Part shown: one piece after another, positions 1 to 16,783 of the stretch
Position numbering within the stretch: position 1 is the stretch's first letter
How the letters are laid out: each line of letters begins with the position of its first letter
Assembly: GCA_964016885.1 (NCBI GenBank)
Contig: OZ024740.1
Location: 429,970,001 to 430,034,000 of the forward strand
Length of the DNA stretch: 64,000 nt
DNA from: Eledone cirrhosa
Lineage: Eukaryota
Reading direction: 5' to 3'
The notes under the pieces: generated by a model
Database searches by the model: none
Told to the model about the DNA's origin: nothing
What the model saw: only the letters and a program-made list of their open reading frames with translations
Translations under genes and position numbers: made by a program

Positions 1-676
1 TTACTACCTATATCATTACTGTTATATTATTCTAAACAACAACCTAATATTACTACCTATATCATTACTGTTACATTATTCTACATAACAACCTAATATT
101 ACTACCTATATCATTACTGTTATATTATATTAAATAACAACCTAATATTACTACCTATATCATTACTGTTATATTATTCTAAATAACAACCTAATATTAC
201 TACCTATATCATTACTGGTATATTATTCTAAATAACAACCTAATATTACTACCTATATCATTACTGTTATAATATTCTAAATAACAACCTAATATTACTA
301 CCTATATCATTACTGTTATATTATTTTAAATAACAACCTAATATTACTACCTATATTATTACTGTTATATTATTCTAAATAACAACCTAATATTACTACC
401 TATGTCATTACTGTTATATTATTTTAAATAACAACCTAATATTACTACCTATATCATTACTTTTATATTATTCTAAATAACAACCTAATATTACTACCTA
501 TATCATTACTGTTATATTATTCTAAATAGTAACCTAATATTACTACCTATATCATTACTGTTATATTATTCTAAATAACAACCTAATATTACTACCTATA
601 TCATTACTGTTATATTATTCTAAATAACAACCTAATATTACTACCTATATCATTACTGTTATATTATTTTAAATGA

Positions 677-867
677 TATAGAGGGCGGTGGATTGGCAGT
701 ATCGGTAGAGAGTCGGACGCCATGCTTTCCAGCATAGTTACGTCTCTTTACGATCTGAGTTCAAATCCCGCCGAGGTTGACTTTGCCTTTCATCCTTACG
801 GGGTCGATAAAATAAAGTACCAGTAATGCACTGGGTAATTGCTGGCCTTGTGCCTAAAGTAGAAACA
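677..867 (+). mobile_element. tRNA-derived SINE, array copy 1 (191 bp)
   Basis: A-box-like TGGCAGTATCGG and B-box GAGTTCAAATCC. Central GCCTTTCATCCTTACGGGGTCGATAAAATAAAGTACC resembles the Meta-type domain of octopus SINEs (from memory). Flanked by TSD ATTATTTTAAATAA; the left copy here has one mismatch. Confidence 0.9.
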
Positions 868-3595
868 ATTATTTTAAATAACAACCTAATATTACTACCC
901 ATATCATTACTGTTATATTATTCTAAATAACAACCTAATATTTCTACCTATATCATTACTGTTATATTATTCTAAATATCAACCTAATATTACTACCTAT
1001 ATCATTAGTGTTATATTATTTTAAATAACAACCTAATATTACTACCTATATCATTACTGTTATATTATTCTAAATAACAACCTAATATTACTACCTATAT
1101 CATTACTGTTATATTATTCTAAATAACAACCTAATATTACTGCCTATATCATTACTGTTATATTATTCTAAATAACAACCTAATATTACTACCTATATCA
1201 TTACTGTTATATTATATTAAATAACAACCTAATATTACTACCTATATCATTACTGTTATATTATTCTAAATAACAACCTAATATTACTACCTATATCATT
1301 ACTGGTATATTATTCTAAATAACAACCTAATATTACTACCTATATCATTACTGTTATAATATTCTAAATAACAACCTAATATTACTACCTATATCATTAC
1401 TGTTATATTATTCTAAATAACAACCTAATATTACTACCTATATCATTACTGTTATATTATTCTAAATAACAACCTAATATTACTACCTATGTCATTACTG
1501 TTATATTATTTTAAATAACAACCTAATATTACTACCTATATCATTACTGTTATATTATTCTAAATAACAACCTAATATTGCTACCTATATCATTACTGTT
1601 ATATTATTCTAAATAACAACCTAATATTACTACCTATATCATTACTGTTATATTATTCTAAATAACAACCTAATATTGCTACCTATATCATTACTGTTAT
1701 ATTATTCTAAATAACAACCTAATATTACTACCTATATTATTACTGTTATATTATTCTAAATAACAACCTAATATTACTACCTATGTCATTACTGTTATAT
1801 TATTTTAAATAACAACCTAATATTACTACCTATATCATTACTGTTATATTATTCTAAATAACAACCTAATATTGCTACCTATATCATTACTGTTATATTA
1901 TTCTAAATAACAACCTAATATTACTGCCTATATCATTACTGTTATATTATTCTAAATAACAACCTAATATTACTACCTATATCATTACTGTTATATTATT
2001 CTAAATAACAACCTAATATTACTACCTATATCATTACTGTTATATTATTCTAAATAACAACCTAATATTACTACCTATATCATTACTGTTATATTATTCT
2101 AAATAATAACCTAATATTACTACCTATATCATTACTGTTATATTATTCTAAATAACAACCTAATATTACTACCTATATCATTACTGTTATATTATTCTAA
2201 ACAACAACCTAATATTACTACCTATATCATTACTGTTATATTATTCTAAATAACAACCTATTATTACTACCTATATCATTACTGTTATATTATTCTAAAC
2301 AACAACCTAATATTACTACCTATATCATTACTGTTATATTATTCTAAATAATAACCTAATATTACTACCTATATCATTACTGTTATATTATTCTAAATAA
2401 CAACCTAATATTACTACCTATATCATTACTGTTATATTATTCTTAATAACAACCTAATATTGCTACCTATATCATTACTGTTATATTATTCTAAATAACA
2501 ACCTAATATTACTACCTATATCATTACTGTTATATTATTCTAAATAACAACCTAATATTACTACCTATATCATTACTGTTATATTATTCTAAATAATAAC
2601 CTAATATTACTACCTATATCATTACTGTTATATTATTCTAAATAACAACCTAATATTACTACCTATATCATTACTGTTATATTATTCTAAACAACAACCT
2701 AATATTACTACCTATATCATTACTGTTATATTATTCTAAATAACAACCTATTATTACTACCTATATCATTACTGTTATATTATTCTAAACAACAACCTAA
2801 TATTACTACCTATATCATTACTGTTATATTATTCTAAATAATAACCTAATATTACTACCTATATCATTACTGTTATATTATTCTAAATAACAACCTAATA
2901 TTACTACCTATATCATTACTGTTATATTATTCTAAATAACAACCTAATATTACTACCTATATCATTACTGTTATATTATTTTAAATAACAACCTAATATT
3001 ACTACCTATATCATTACTGTTATATTATTATAAATAACAACCTAATATTACTACCTATATCATTACTGTTATATTATTCTAAATAACAACCTAATATTAC
3101 TACCTATATCATTACTGTTATATTATTCTAAATAACAACCTAATATTACTACCTATATCATTACTGTTATATTATTCTAAATAACAACCTAATATTACTA
3201 CCTATATCATTACTGTTATATTATTCTAAATAACAACCTAATATTACTACCTATATCATTACTGTTATATTATTCTAAATAACAACCTAATATTACTACC
3301 TATATCATTACTGTTATATTATTCTAAATAACAACCTAATATTACTACCTATATCATTACTGTTATTTTATTCTAAATAATAACCTAATATTACTACCTA
3401 TATCATTACTGTTATATTATTCTAAATAACAACCTAATATTACTACCTATATCATTACTGTTATATTATTCTAAACGACAACCTAATATTACTACCTATA
3501 TCATTACTGTTATATTATTCTAAATAACAACCTAATATTACTACCTATATCATTACTGTTATATTATTCTAAACAACAACCTAATATTACTACCT

Positions 3596-3645
3596 GACCA
3601 GTAATGCACTGGGTAATTGCTGGCCTTGTGCCAAAAGTAGAAACA
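3596..3645 (+). mobile_element. 50-bp 3' fragment of the SINE, copy 1
   Basis: GACCAGTAATGCACTGGGTAATTGCTGGCCTTGTGCCAAAAGTAGAAACA matches the SINE 3' end. It lies 358 bp upstream of the next full copy. Confidence 0.9.
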
Positions 3646-3953
3646 ATTATTCTAAATAACAACCTAATATTACTACCTATATCATTACTGTTATATTATT
3701 TTAAATAACAACCTAATATTACTACCTATATCATTACTTTTATATTATTCTAAATAACAACCTAATATTACTACCTATATCATTACTGTTATATTATTCT
3801 AAATAGTAACCTAATATTACTACCTATATCATTACTGTTATATTATTCTAAATAACAACCTAATATTACTACCTATATCATTACTGTTATATTATTCTAA
3901 ATAACAACCTAATATTACTACCTATATCATTACTGTTATATTATTTTAAATAA

Positions 3954-4144
3954 TATAGAGGGCGGTGGATTGGCAGTATCGGTAGAGAGTCGGACGCCAT
4001 GCTTTCCAGCATAGTTACGTCTCTTTACGATCTGAGTTCAAATACCGCCGAGGTTGACTTTGCCTTTCATCCTTAAGGGGTCGATAAAATAAAGTACCAG
4101 TAATGCACTGGGTAATTGCTGGCCTTGTGCCTAAAGTAGAAACA
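3954..4144 (+). mobile_element. tRNA-derived SINE, array copy 2
   Basis: Same 191-bp sequence and junctions. Two private substitutions: AAATACCG in the B box and CCTTAAGGGG. Confidence 0.9.
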
Positions 4145-7049
4145 ATTATTTTAAATAACAACCTAATATTACTACCTATATCATTACTGTTATATTATTA
4201 TAAATAACAACCTAATATTACTACCTATATCATTACTGTTATATTATTCTAAATAACAACCTAATATTTCTACCTATATCATTACTGTTATATTATTCTA
4301 AATATCAACCTAATATTACTACCTATATCATTACTGTTATATTATTTTAAATAACAACCTAATATTACTACCTATATCATTACTGTTATATTATTCTAAA
4401 TAACAACCTAATATTACTACCTATATCATTACTGTTATATTATTCTAAATAACAACCTAATATTACTGCCTATATCATTACTGTTATATTATTCTAAATA
4501 ACAACCTAATATTACTACCTATATCATTACTGTTATATTATATTAAATAACAACCTAATATTACTACCTATATCATTACTGTTACATTATTCTACATAAC
4601 AACCTAATATTACTACCTATATCATTACTGTTACATTATTCTACATAACAACCTAATATTACTACCTATATCATTACTGTTATATTATTCTAAATAACAA
4701 CCTAATATTGCTACCTATATCATTACTGTTATATTATTCTAAATAACAACCTAATATTACTACCTATATCATTACTGTTATATTATTCTAAATAACAACC
4801 TAATATTACTACCTATATCATTACTGTTATATTATTCTAAATAATAACCTAATATTACTACCTATATCATTACTGTTATATTATTCTAAATAACAACCTA
4901 ATATTACTACCTATATCATTACTGTTATATTATTCTAAACAACAACCTAATATTACTACCTATATCATTACTGTTATATTATTCTAAATAATAACCTAAT
5001 ATTACTACCTATATCATTACTGTTATATTATTCTAAATAACAACCTAATATTACTACCTATATCATTACTGTTATATTATTCTAAACAACAACCTAATAT
5101 TACTACCTATATCATTACTGTTATATTATTCTAAATAATAACCTAATATTACTACCTATATCATTACTGTTATATTATTCTAAATAACAACCTAATATTA
5201 CTACCTATATCATTACTGTTATATTATTCTAAATAACAACCTAATATTACTACCTATATCATTACTGTTATATTATTTTAAATAACAACCTAATATTACT
5301 ACCTATATCATTACTGTTATATTATTATAAATAACAACCTAATATTACTACCTATATCATTACTGTTATATTATTCTAAATAACAACCTAATATTTCTAC
5401 CTATATCATTACTGTTATATTATTCTAAATAACAACCTAATATTACTACCTATATCATTACTGTTATATTATTCTAAATAACAACCTAATATTACTACCT
5501 ATATCATTACTGTTATATTATTCTAAATAACAACCTAATATTACTGCCTATATCATTACTGTTATATTATTCTAAATAACAACCTAATATTACTACCTAT
5601 ATCATTACTGTTATATTATTCTAAATAACAACCTAATATTACTACCTATATCATTACTGTTATATTATTCTAAATAACAACCTAATATTACAACCTATAT
5701 CATTACTGTTATATTATTCTAAATAACAACCTAATATTACTACCTATATCATTACTGTTATATTATTTTAAATAACAACCTAATATTACTACCTATATCA
5801 TTACTGTTATATTATTCTAAATAACAACCTAATATTACTACCTATATCATTGCTGTTATATTATTCTAAATAATAACCTAATATTACTACCTATATCATT
5901 ACTGTTATGTTATTCTAAATAACAACCTAATATTACTACCTATATCATTACTGTTATATTATTCTAAATAACAAACTAATATTACTACCTATATCATTAC
6001 TGTTATATTATTCTAAATAACAACCTAATATTACTACCTATATCATTACTGTTATATTATTTTAAATAACAACCTAATATTACTACCTATATCATTACTG
6101 TTATATTATTCTAAATAACAACCTAATATTACTAACTATATCATTACTGTTATATTATTCTAAATAACAACCTAATATTACTACCTATATCATTACTGTT
6201 ATATTATTCTAAATAACAACCTAATATTACTACCTATATCATTACTGTTATATTATTCTAAATAACAACCTAATATTACTACCTATATCATTACTGTTAT
6301 ATTATTCTAAATAATAACCTAATATTACTACCTATATCATTACTGTTATATTATTCTAAATAACAACCTAATATTACTACCTATATCATTACTGTTATAT
6401 TATTCTAAACAACAACCTAATATTACTACCTATATCATTACTGTTACATTATTCTACATAACAACCTAATATTACTACCTATATCATTACTGTTATATTA
6501 TATTAAATAACAACCTAATATTACTACCTATATCATTACTGTTATATTATTCTAAATAACAACCTAATATTACTACCTATATCATTACTGGTATATTATT
6601 CTAAATAACAACCTAATATTACTACCTATATCATTACTGTTATAATATTCTAAATAACAACCTAATATTACTACCTATATCATTACTGTTATATTATTTT
6701 AAATAACAACCTAATATTACTACCTATATTATTACTGTTATATTATTCTAAATAACAACCTAATATTACTACCTATGTCATTACTGTTATATTATTTTAA
6801 ATAACAACCTAATATTACTACCTATATCATTACTTTTATATTATTCTAAATAACAACCTAATATTACTACCTATATCATTACTGTTATATTATTCTAAAT
6901 AGTAACCTAATATTACTACCTATATCATTACTGTTATATTATTCTAAATAACAACCTAATATTACTACCTATATCATTACTGTTATATTATTCTAAATAA
7001 CAACCTAATATTACTACCTATATCATTACTGTTATATTATTTTAAATAA

Positions 7050-7240
7050 TATAGAGGGCGGTGGATTGGCAGTATCGGTAGAGAGTCGGACGCCATGCTT
7101 TCCAGCATAGTTACGTCTCTTTACGATCTGAGTTCAAATCCCGCCGAGGTTGACTTTGCCTTTCATCCTTACGGGGTCGATAAAATAAAGTACCAGTAAT
7201 GCACTGGGTAATTGCTGGCCTTGTGCCTAAAGTAGAAACA
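7050..7240 (+). mobile_element. tRNA-derived SINE, array copy 3
   Basis: Same sequence and 14-bp TSD as copy 1. Confidence 0.9.
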
Positions 7241-10017
7241 ATTATTTTAAATAACAACCTAATATTACTACCCATATCATTACTGTTATATTATTATAAA
7301 TAACAACCTAATATTACTACCTATATCATTACTGTTATATTATTCTAAATAACAACCTAATATTTCTACCTATATCATTACTGTTATATTATTCTAAATA
7401 TCAACCTAATATTACTACCTATATCATTACTGTTATATTATTTTAAATAACAACCTAATATTACTACCTATATCATTACTGTTATATTATTCTAAATAAC
7501 AACCTAATATTACTACCTATATCATTACTGTTATATTATTCTAAATAACAACCTAATATTACTGCCTATATCATTACTGTTATATTATTCTAAATAACAA
7601 CCTAATATTACTACCTATATCATTACTGTTATATTATATTAAATAACAACCTAATATTACTACCTATATCATTACTGTTATATTATTCTAAATAACAACC
7701 TAATATTACTACCTATATCATTACTGGTATATTATTCTAAATAACAACCTAATATTACTACCTATATCATTACTGTTATAATATTCTAAATAACAACCTA
7801 ATATTACTACCTATATCATTACTGTTATATTATTCTAAATAACAACCTAATATTACTACCTATATCATTACTGTTATATTATTCTAAATAACAACCTAAT
7901 ATTACTACCTATGTCATTACTGTTATATTATTTTAAATAACAACCTAATATTACTACCTATATCATTACTGTTATATTATTCTAAATAACAACCTAATAT
8001 TGCTACCTATATCATTACTGTTATATTATTCTAAATAACAACCTAATATTACTACCTATATCATTACTGTTATATTATTCTAAATAACAACCTAATATTG
8101 CTACCTATATCATTACTGTTATATTATTCTAAATAACAACCTAATATTACTACCTATATTATTACTGTTATATTATTCTAAATAACAACCTAATATTACT
8201 ACCTATGTCATTACTGTTATATTATTTTAAATAACAACCTAATATTACTACCTATATCATTACTGTTATATTATTCTAAATAACAACCTAATATTGCTAC
8301 CTATATCATTACTGTTATATTATTCTAAATAACAACCTAATATTACTGCCTATATCATTACTGTTATATTATTCTAAATAACAACCTAATATTACTACCT
8401 ATATCATTACTGTTATATTATTCTAAATAACAACCTAATATTACTACCTATATCATTACTGTTATATTATTCTAAATAACAACCTAATATTACTACCTAT
8501 ATCATTACTGTTATATTATTCTAAATAATAACCTAATATTACTACCTATATCATTACTGTTATATTATTCTAAATAACAACCTAATATTACTACCTATAT
8601 CATTACTGTTATATTATTCTAAACAACAACCTAATATTACTACCTATATCATTACTGTTATATTATTCTAAATAACAACCTATTATTACTACCTATATCA
8701 TTACTGTTATATTATTCTAAACAACAACCTAATATTACTACCTATATCATTACTGTTATATTATTCTAAATAATAACCTAATATTACTACCTATATCATT
8801 ACTGTTATATTATTCTAAATAACAACCTAATATTACTACCTATATCATTACTGTTATATTATTCTAAATAACAACCTAATATTGCTACCTATATCATTAC
8901 TGTTATATTATTCTAAATAACAACCTAATATTACTACCTATATCATTACTGTTATATTATTCTAAATAACAACCTAATATTACTACCTATATCATTACTG
9001 TTATATTATTCTAAATAATAACCTAATATTACTACCTATATCATTACTGTTATATTATTCTAAATAACAACCTAATATTACTACCTATATCATTACTGTT
9101 ATATTATTCTAAACAACAACCTAATATTACTACCTATATCATTACTGTTATATTATTCTAAATAACAACCTATTATTACTACCTATATCATTACTGTTAT
9201 ATTATTCTAAACAACAACCTAATATTACTACCTATATCATTACTGTTATATTATTCTAAATAATAACCTAATATTACTACCTATATCATTACTGTTATAT
9301 TATTCTAAATAACAACCTAATATTACTACCTATATCATTACTGTTATATTATTCTAAATAACAACCTAATATTACTACCTATATCATTACTGTTATATTA
9401 TTTTAAATAACAACCTAATATTACTACCTATATCATTACTGTTATATTATTATAAATAACAACCTAATATTACTACCTATATCATTACTGTTATATTATT
9501 CTAAATAACAACCTAATATTACTACCTATATCATTACTGTTATATTATTCTAAATAACAACCTAATATTACTACCTATATCATTACTGTTATATTATTCT
9601 AAATAACAACCTAATATTACTACCTATATCATTACTGTTATATTATTCTAAATAACAACCTAATATTACTACCTATATCATTACTGTTATATTATTCTAA
9701 ATAACAACCTAATATTACTACCTATATCATTACTGTTATATTATTCTAAATAACAACCTAATATTACTACCTATATCATTACTGTTATTTTATTCTAAAT
9801 AATAACCTAATATTACTACCTATATCATTACTGTTATATTATTCTAAATAACAACCTAATATTACTACCTATATCATTACTGTTATATTATTCTAAACGA
9901 CAACCTAATATTACTACCTATATCATTACTGTTATATTATTCTAAATAACAACCTAATATTACTACCTATATCATTACTGTTATATTATTCTAAACAACA
10001 ACCTAATATTACTACCT

Positions 10018-10067
10018 GACCAGTAATGCACTGGGTAATTGCTGGCCTTGTGCCAAAAGTAGAAACA
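10018..10067 (+). mobile_element. 50-bp SINE 3' fragment, copy 2
   Basis: Identical to 3596-3645; 358 bp upstream of SINE copy 4. Confidence 0.9.
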
Positions 10068-10375
10068 ATTATTCTAAATAACAACCTAATATTACTACCT
10101 ATATCATTACTGTTATATTATTTTAAATAACAACCTAATATTACTACCTATATCATTACTTTTATATTATTCTAAATAACAACCTAATATTACTACCTAT
10201 ATCATTACTGTTATATTATTCTAAATAGTAACCTAATATTACTACCTATATCATTACTGTTATATTATTCTAAATAACAACCTAATATTACTACCTATAT
10301 CATTACTGTTATATTATTCTAAATAACAACCTAATATTACTACCTATATCATTACTGTTATATTATTTTAAATAA

Positions 10376-10566
10376 TATAGAGGGCGGTGGATTGGCAGTA
10401 TCGGTAGAGAGTCGGACGCCATGCTTTCCAGCATAGTTACGTCTCTTTACGATCTGAGTTCAAATCCCGCCGAGGTTGACTTTGCCTTTCATCCTTACGG
10501 GGTCGATAAAATAAAGTACCAGTAATGCACTGGGTAATTGCTGGCCTTGTGCCTAAAGTAGAAACA
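10376..10566 (+). mobile_element. tRNA-derived SINE, array copy 4
   Basis: Same sequence and TSD. Confidence 0.9.
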
Positions 10567-13500
10567 ATTATTTTAAATAACAACCTAATATTACTACCTA
10601 TATCATTACTGTTATATTATTATAAATAACAACCTAATATTACTACCTATATCATTACTGTTATATTATTCTAAATAACAACCTAATATTTCTACCTATA
10701 TCATTACTGTTATATTATTCTAAATATCAACCTAATATTACTACCTATATCATTACTGTTATATTATTTTAAATAACAACCTAATATTACTACCTATATC
10801 ATTACTGTTATATTATTCTAAATAACAACCTAATATTACTACCTATATCATTACTGTTATATTATTCTAAATAACAACCTAATATTACTGCCTATATCAT
10901 TACTGTTATATTATTCTAAATAACAACCTAATATTACTACCTATATCATTACTGTTATATTATATTAAATAACAACCTAATATTACTACCTATATCATTA
11001 CTGTTATATTATTCTAAATAACAACCTAATATTACTACCTATATCATTACTGGTATATTATTCTAAATAACAACCTAATATTACTACCTATATCATTACT
11101 GTTATAATATTCTAAATAACAACCTAATATTACTACCTATATCATTACTGTTATATTATTTTAAATAACAACCTAATATTACTACCTATATTATTACTGT
11201 TATATTATTGTAAATAACAACCTAATATTACTACCTATGTCATTACTGTTATATTATTTTAAATAACAACCTAATATTACTACCTATATCATTACTGTTA
11301 TATTATTCTAAATAACAACCTAATATTGCTACCTATATCATTACTGTTATATTATTCTAAATAACAACCTAATATTAGTACCTATATCATTACTGTTATA
11401 TTATTCTAAATAACAACCTAATATTACTACCTATATCATTACTGTTATATTATTCTAAATAATAACCTAATATTACTACCTATATCATTACTGTTATATT
11501 ATTCTAAATAACAACCTAATATTACTACCTATATCATTACTGTTATATTATTCTAAACAACAACCTAATATTACTACCTATATCATTACTGTTATATTAT
11601 TCTAAATAACAACCTATTATTACTACCTATATCATTACTGTTATATTATTCTAAACAACAACCTAATATTACTACCTATATCATTACTGTTATATTATTC
11701 TAAATAACAACCTAATATTACTACCTATACCATTACTGTTATATTATTTTAAATAACAACCTAATATTACTACCTATATCATTACTGTTATATTATTCTA
11801 AACAACAACCTAATATTACTACCTATATCATTACTGTTATATTATTCTAAATAATAACCTAATATTACTACCTATATCATTACTGTTATATTATTCTAAA
11901 TAACAACCTAATATTACTACCTATATCATTACTGTTATATTATTCTAAATAACAACCTAATATTACTACCTATATCATTACTGTTATATTATTTTAAATA
12001 ACAACCTAATATTACTACCTATATCATTACTGTTATATTATTATAAATAACAACCTAATATTACTACCTATATCATTACTGTTATATTATTCTAAATAAC
12101 AACCTAATATTTCTACCTATATCATTACTGTTATATTATTCTAAATAACAACCTAATATTACTACCTATATCATTACTGTTATATTATTCTAAATAACAA
12201 CCTAATATTACTACCTATATCATTACTGTTATATTATTCTAAATAACAACCTAATATTACTGCCTATATCATTACTGTTATATTATTCTAAATAACAACC
12301 TAATATTACTACCTATATCATTACTGTTATATTATTCTAAATAACAACCTAATATTACTACCTATATCATTACTGTTATATTATTCTAAATAACAACCTA
12401 ATATTACAACCTATATCATTACTGTTATATTATTCTAAATAACAACCTAATATTACTACCTATATCATTACTGTTATATTATTTTAAATAACAACCTAAT
12501 ATTACTACCTATATCATTACTGTTATATTATTCTAAATAACAACCTAATATTACTACCTATATCATTACTGTTATATTATTCTAAATAATAACCTAATAT
12601 TACTACCTATATCATTACTGTTATGTTATTCTAAATAACAACCTAATATTACTACCTATATCATTACTGTTATATTATTCTAAATAACAACCTAATATTA
12701 CTACCTATATCATTACTGTTATATTATTCTAAATAACAACCTAATATTACTACCTATATCATTACTGTTATATTATTTTAAATAACAAACTAATATTACT
12801 ACCTATATCATTACTGTTATATTATTCTAAATAACAACCTAATATTACTAACTATATCATTACTGTTATATTATTCTAAATAACAACCTAATATTACTAC
12901 CTATATCATTACTGTTATATTATTCTAAATAACAACCTAATATTACTACCTATATCATTACTGTTATATTATTCTAAATAACAACCTAATATTACTACCT
13001 ATATCATTACTGTTATATTATTCTAAATAATAACCTAATATTACTACCTATATCATTACTGTTATATTATTCTAAATAACAACCTAATATTACTACCTAT
13101 ATCATTACTGTTATATTATTCTAAACAACAACCTAATATTACTACCTATATCATTACTGTTACATTATTCTACATAACAACCTAATATTACTACCTATAT
13201 CATTACTGTTATATTATATTAAATAACAACCTAATATTACTACCTATATCATTACTGTTATATTATTCTAAATAACAACCTAATATTACTACCTATATCA
13301 TTACTGGTATATTATTCTAAATAACAACCTAATATTACTACCTATATCATTACTGTTATAATATTCTAAATAACAACCTAATATTACTACCTATATCATT
13401 ACTGTTATATTATTTTAAATAACAACCTAATATTACTACCTATATTATTACTGTTATATTATTCTAAATAACAACCTAATATTACTACCTATGTCATTAC

Positions 13501-13765
13501 TGTTATATTATTTTAAATAACAACCTAATATTACTACCTATATCATTACTTTTATATTATTCTAAATAACAACCTAATATTACTACCTATATCATTACTG
13601 TTATATTATTCTAAATAGTAACCTAATATTACTACCTATATCATTACTGTTATATTATTCTAAATAACAACCTAATATTACTACCTATATCATTACTGTT
13701 ATATTATTCTAAATAACAACCTAATATTACTACCTATATCATTACTGTTATATTATTTTAAATAA

Positions 13766-13956
13766 TATAGAGGGCGGTGGATTGGCAGTATCGGTAGAGA
13801 GTCGGACGCCATGCTTTCCAGCATAGTTACGTCTCTTTACGATCTGAGTTCAAATCCCGCCGAGGTTGACTTTGCCTTTCATCCTTACGGGGTCGATAAA
13901 ATAAAGTACCAGTAATGCACTGGGTAATTGCTGGCCTTGTGCCTAAAGTAGAAACA
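13766..13956 (+). mobile_element. tRNA-derived SINE, array copy 5
   Basis: Same sequence and TSD. Confidence 0.9.
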
Positions 13957-16733
13957 ATTATTTTAAATAACAACCTAATATTACTACCCATATCATTACT
14001 GTTATATTATTATAAATAACAACCTAATATTACTACCTATATCATTACTGTTATATTATTCTAAATAACAACCTAATATTTCTACCTATATCATTACTGT
14101 TATATTATTCTAAATATCAACCTAATATTACTACCTATATCATTACTGTTATATTATTTTAAATAACAACCTAATATTACTACCTATATCATTACTGTTA
14201 TATTATTCTAAATAACAACCTAATATTACTACCTATATCATTACTGTTATATTATTCTAAATAACAACCTAATATTACTGCCTATATCATTACTGTTATA
14301 TTATTCTAAATAACAACCTAATATTACTACCTATATCATTACTGTTATATTATATTAAATAACAACCTAATATTACTACCTATATCATTACTGTTATATT
14401 ATTCTAAATAACAACCTAATATTACTACCTATATCATTACTGGTATATTATTCTAAATAACAACCTAATATTACTACCTATATCATTACTGTTATAATAT
14501 TCTAAATAACAACCTAATATTACTACCTATATCATTACTGTTATATTATTCTAAATAACAACCTAATATTACTACCTATATCATTACTGTTATATTATTC
14601 TAAATAACAACCTAATATTACTACCTATGTCATTACTGTTATATTATTTTAAATAACAACCTAATATTACTACCTATATCATTACTGTTATATTATTCTA
14701 AATAACAACCTAATATTGCTACCTATATCATTACTGTTATATTATTCTAAATAACAACCTAATATTACTACCTATATCATTACTGTTATATTATTCTAAA
14801 TAACAACCTAATATTGCTACCTATATCATTACTGTTATATTATTCTAAATAACAACCTAATATTACTACCTATATTATTACTGTTATATTATTCTAAATA
14901 ACAACCTAATATTACTACCTATGTCATTACTGTTATATTATTTTAAATAACAACCTAATATTACTACCTATATCATTACTGTTATATTATTCTAAATAAC
15001 AACCTAATATTGCTACCTATATCATTACTGTTATATTATTCTAAATAACAACCTAATATTACTGCCTATATCATTACTGTTATATTATTCTAAATAACAA
15101 CCTAATATTACTACCTATATCATTACTGTTATATTATTCTAAATAACAACCTAATATTACTACCTATATCATTACTGTTATATTATTCTAAATAACAACC
15201 TAATATTACTACCTATATCATTACTGTTATATTATTCTAAATAATAACCTAATATTACTACCTATATCATTACTGTTATATTATTCTAAATAACAACCTA
15301 ATATTACTACCTATATCATTACTGTTATATTATTCTAAACAACAACCTAATATTACTACCTATATCATTACTGTTATATTATTCTAAATAACAACCTATT
15401 ATTACTACCTATATCATTACTGTTATATTATTCTAAACAACAACCTAATATTACTACCTATATCATTACTGTTATATTATTCTAAATAATAACCTAATAT
15501 TACTACCTATATCATTACTGTTATATTATTCTAAATAACAACCTAATATTACTACCTATATCATTACTGTTATATTATTCTAAATAACAACCTAATATTG
15601 CTACCTATATCATTACTGTTATATTATTCTAAATAACAACCTAATATTACTACCTATATCATTACTGTTATATTATTCTAAATAACAACCTAATATTACT
15701 ACCTATATCATTACTGTTATATTATTCTAAATAATAACCTAATATTACTACCTATATCATTACTGTTATATTATTCTAAATAACAACCTAATATTACTAC
15801 CTATATCATTACTGTTATATTATTCTAAACAACAACCTAATATTACTACCTATATCATTACTGTTATATTATTCTAAATAACAACCTATTATTACTACCT
15901 ATATCATTACTGTTATATTATTCTAAACAACAACCTAATATTACTACCTATATCATTACTGTTATATTATTCTAAATAATAACCTAATATTACTACCTAT
16001 ATCATTACTGTTATATTATTCTAAATAACAACCTAATATTACTACCTATATCATTACTGTTATATTATTCTAAATAACAACCTAATATTACTACCTATAT
16101 CATTACTGTTATATTATTTTAAATAACAACCTAATATTACTACCTATATCATTACTGTTATATTATTATAAATAACAACCTAATATTACTACCTATATCA
16201 TTACTGTTATATTATTCTAAATAACAACCTAATATTACTACCTATATCATTACTGTTATATTATTCTAAATAACAACCTAATATTACTACCTATATCATT
16301 ACTGTTATATTATTCTAAATAACAACCTAATATTACTACCTATATCATTACTGTTATATTATTCTAAATAACAACCTAATATTACTACCTATATCATTAC
16401 TGTTATATTATTCTAAATAACAACCTAATATTACTACCTATATCATTACTGTTATATTATTCTAAATAACAACCTAATATTACTACCTATATCATTACTG
16501 TTATTTTATTCTAAATAATAACCTAATATTACTACCTATATCATTACTGTTATATTATTCTAAATAACAACCTAATATTACTACCTATATCATTACTGTT
16601 ATATTATTCTAAACGACAACCTAATATTACTACCTATATCATTACTGTTATATTATTCTAAATAACAACCTAATATTACTACCTATATCATTACTGTTAT
16701 ATTATTCTAAACAACAACCTAATATTACTACCT

Positions 16734-16783
16734 GACCAGTAATGCACTGGGTAATTGCTGGCCTTGTGCCAAAAGTAGAAACA
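16734..16783 (+). mobile_element. 50-bp SINE 3' fragment, copy 3
   Basis: Identical to 3596-3645; 358 bp upstream of SINE copy 6. Confidence 0.9.

Noticed and set aside
677-867. tRNA gene
   Set aside because: A and B boxes are present, but no cloverleaf is evident, and the TSD and tail indicate a SINE.
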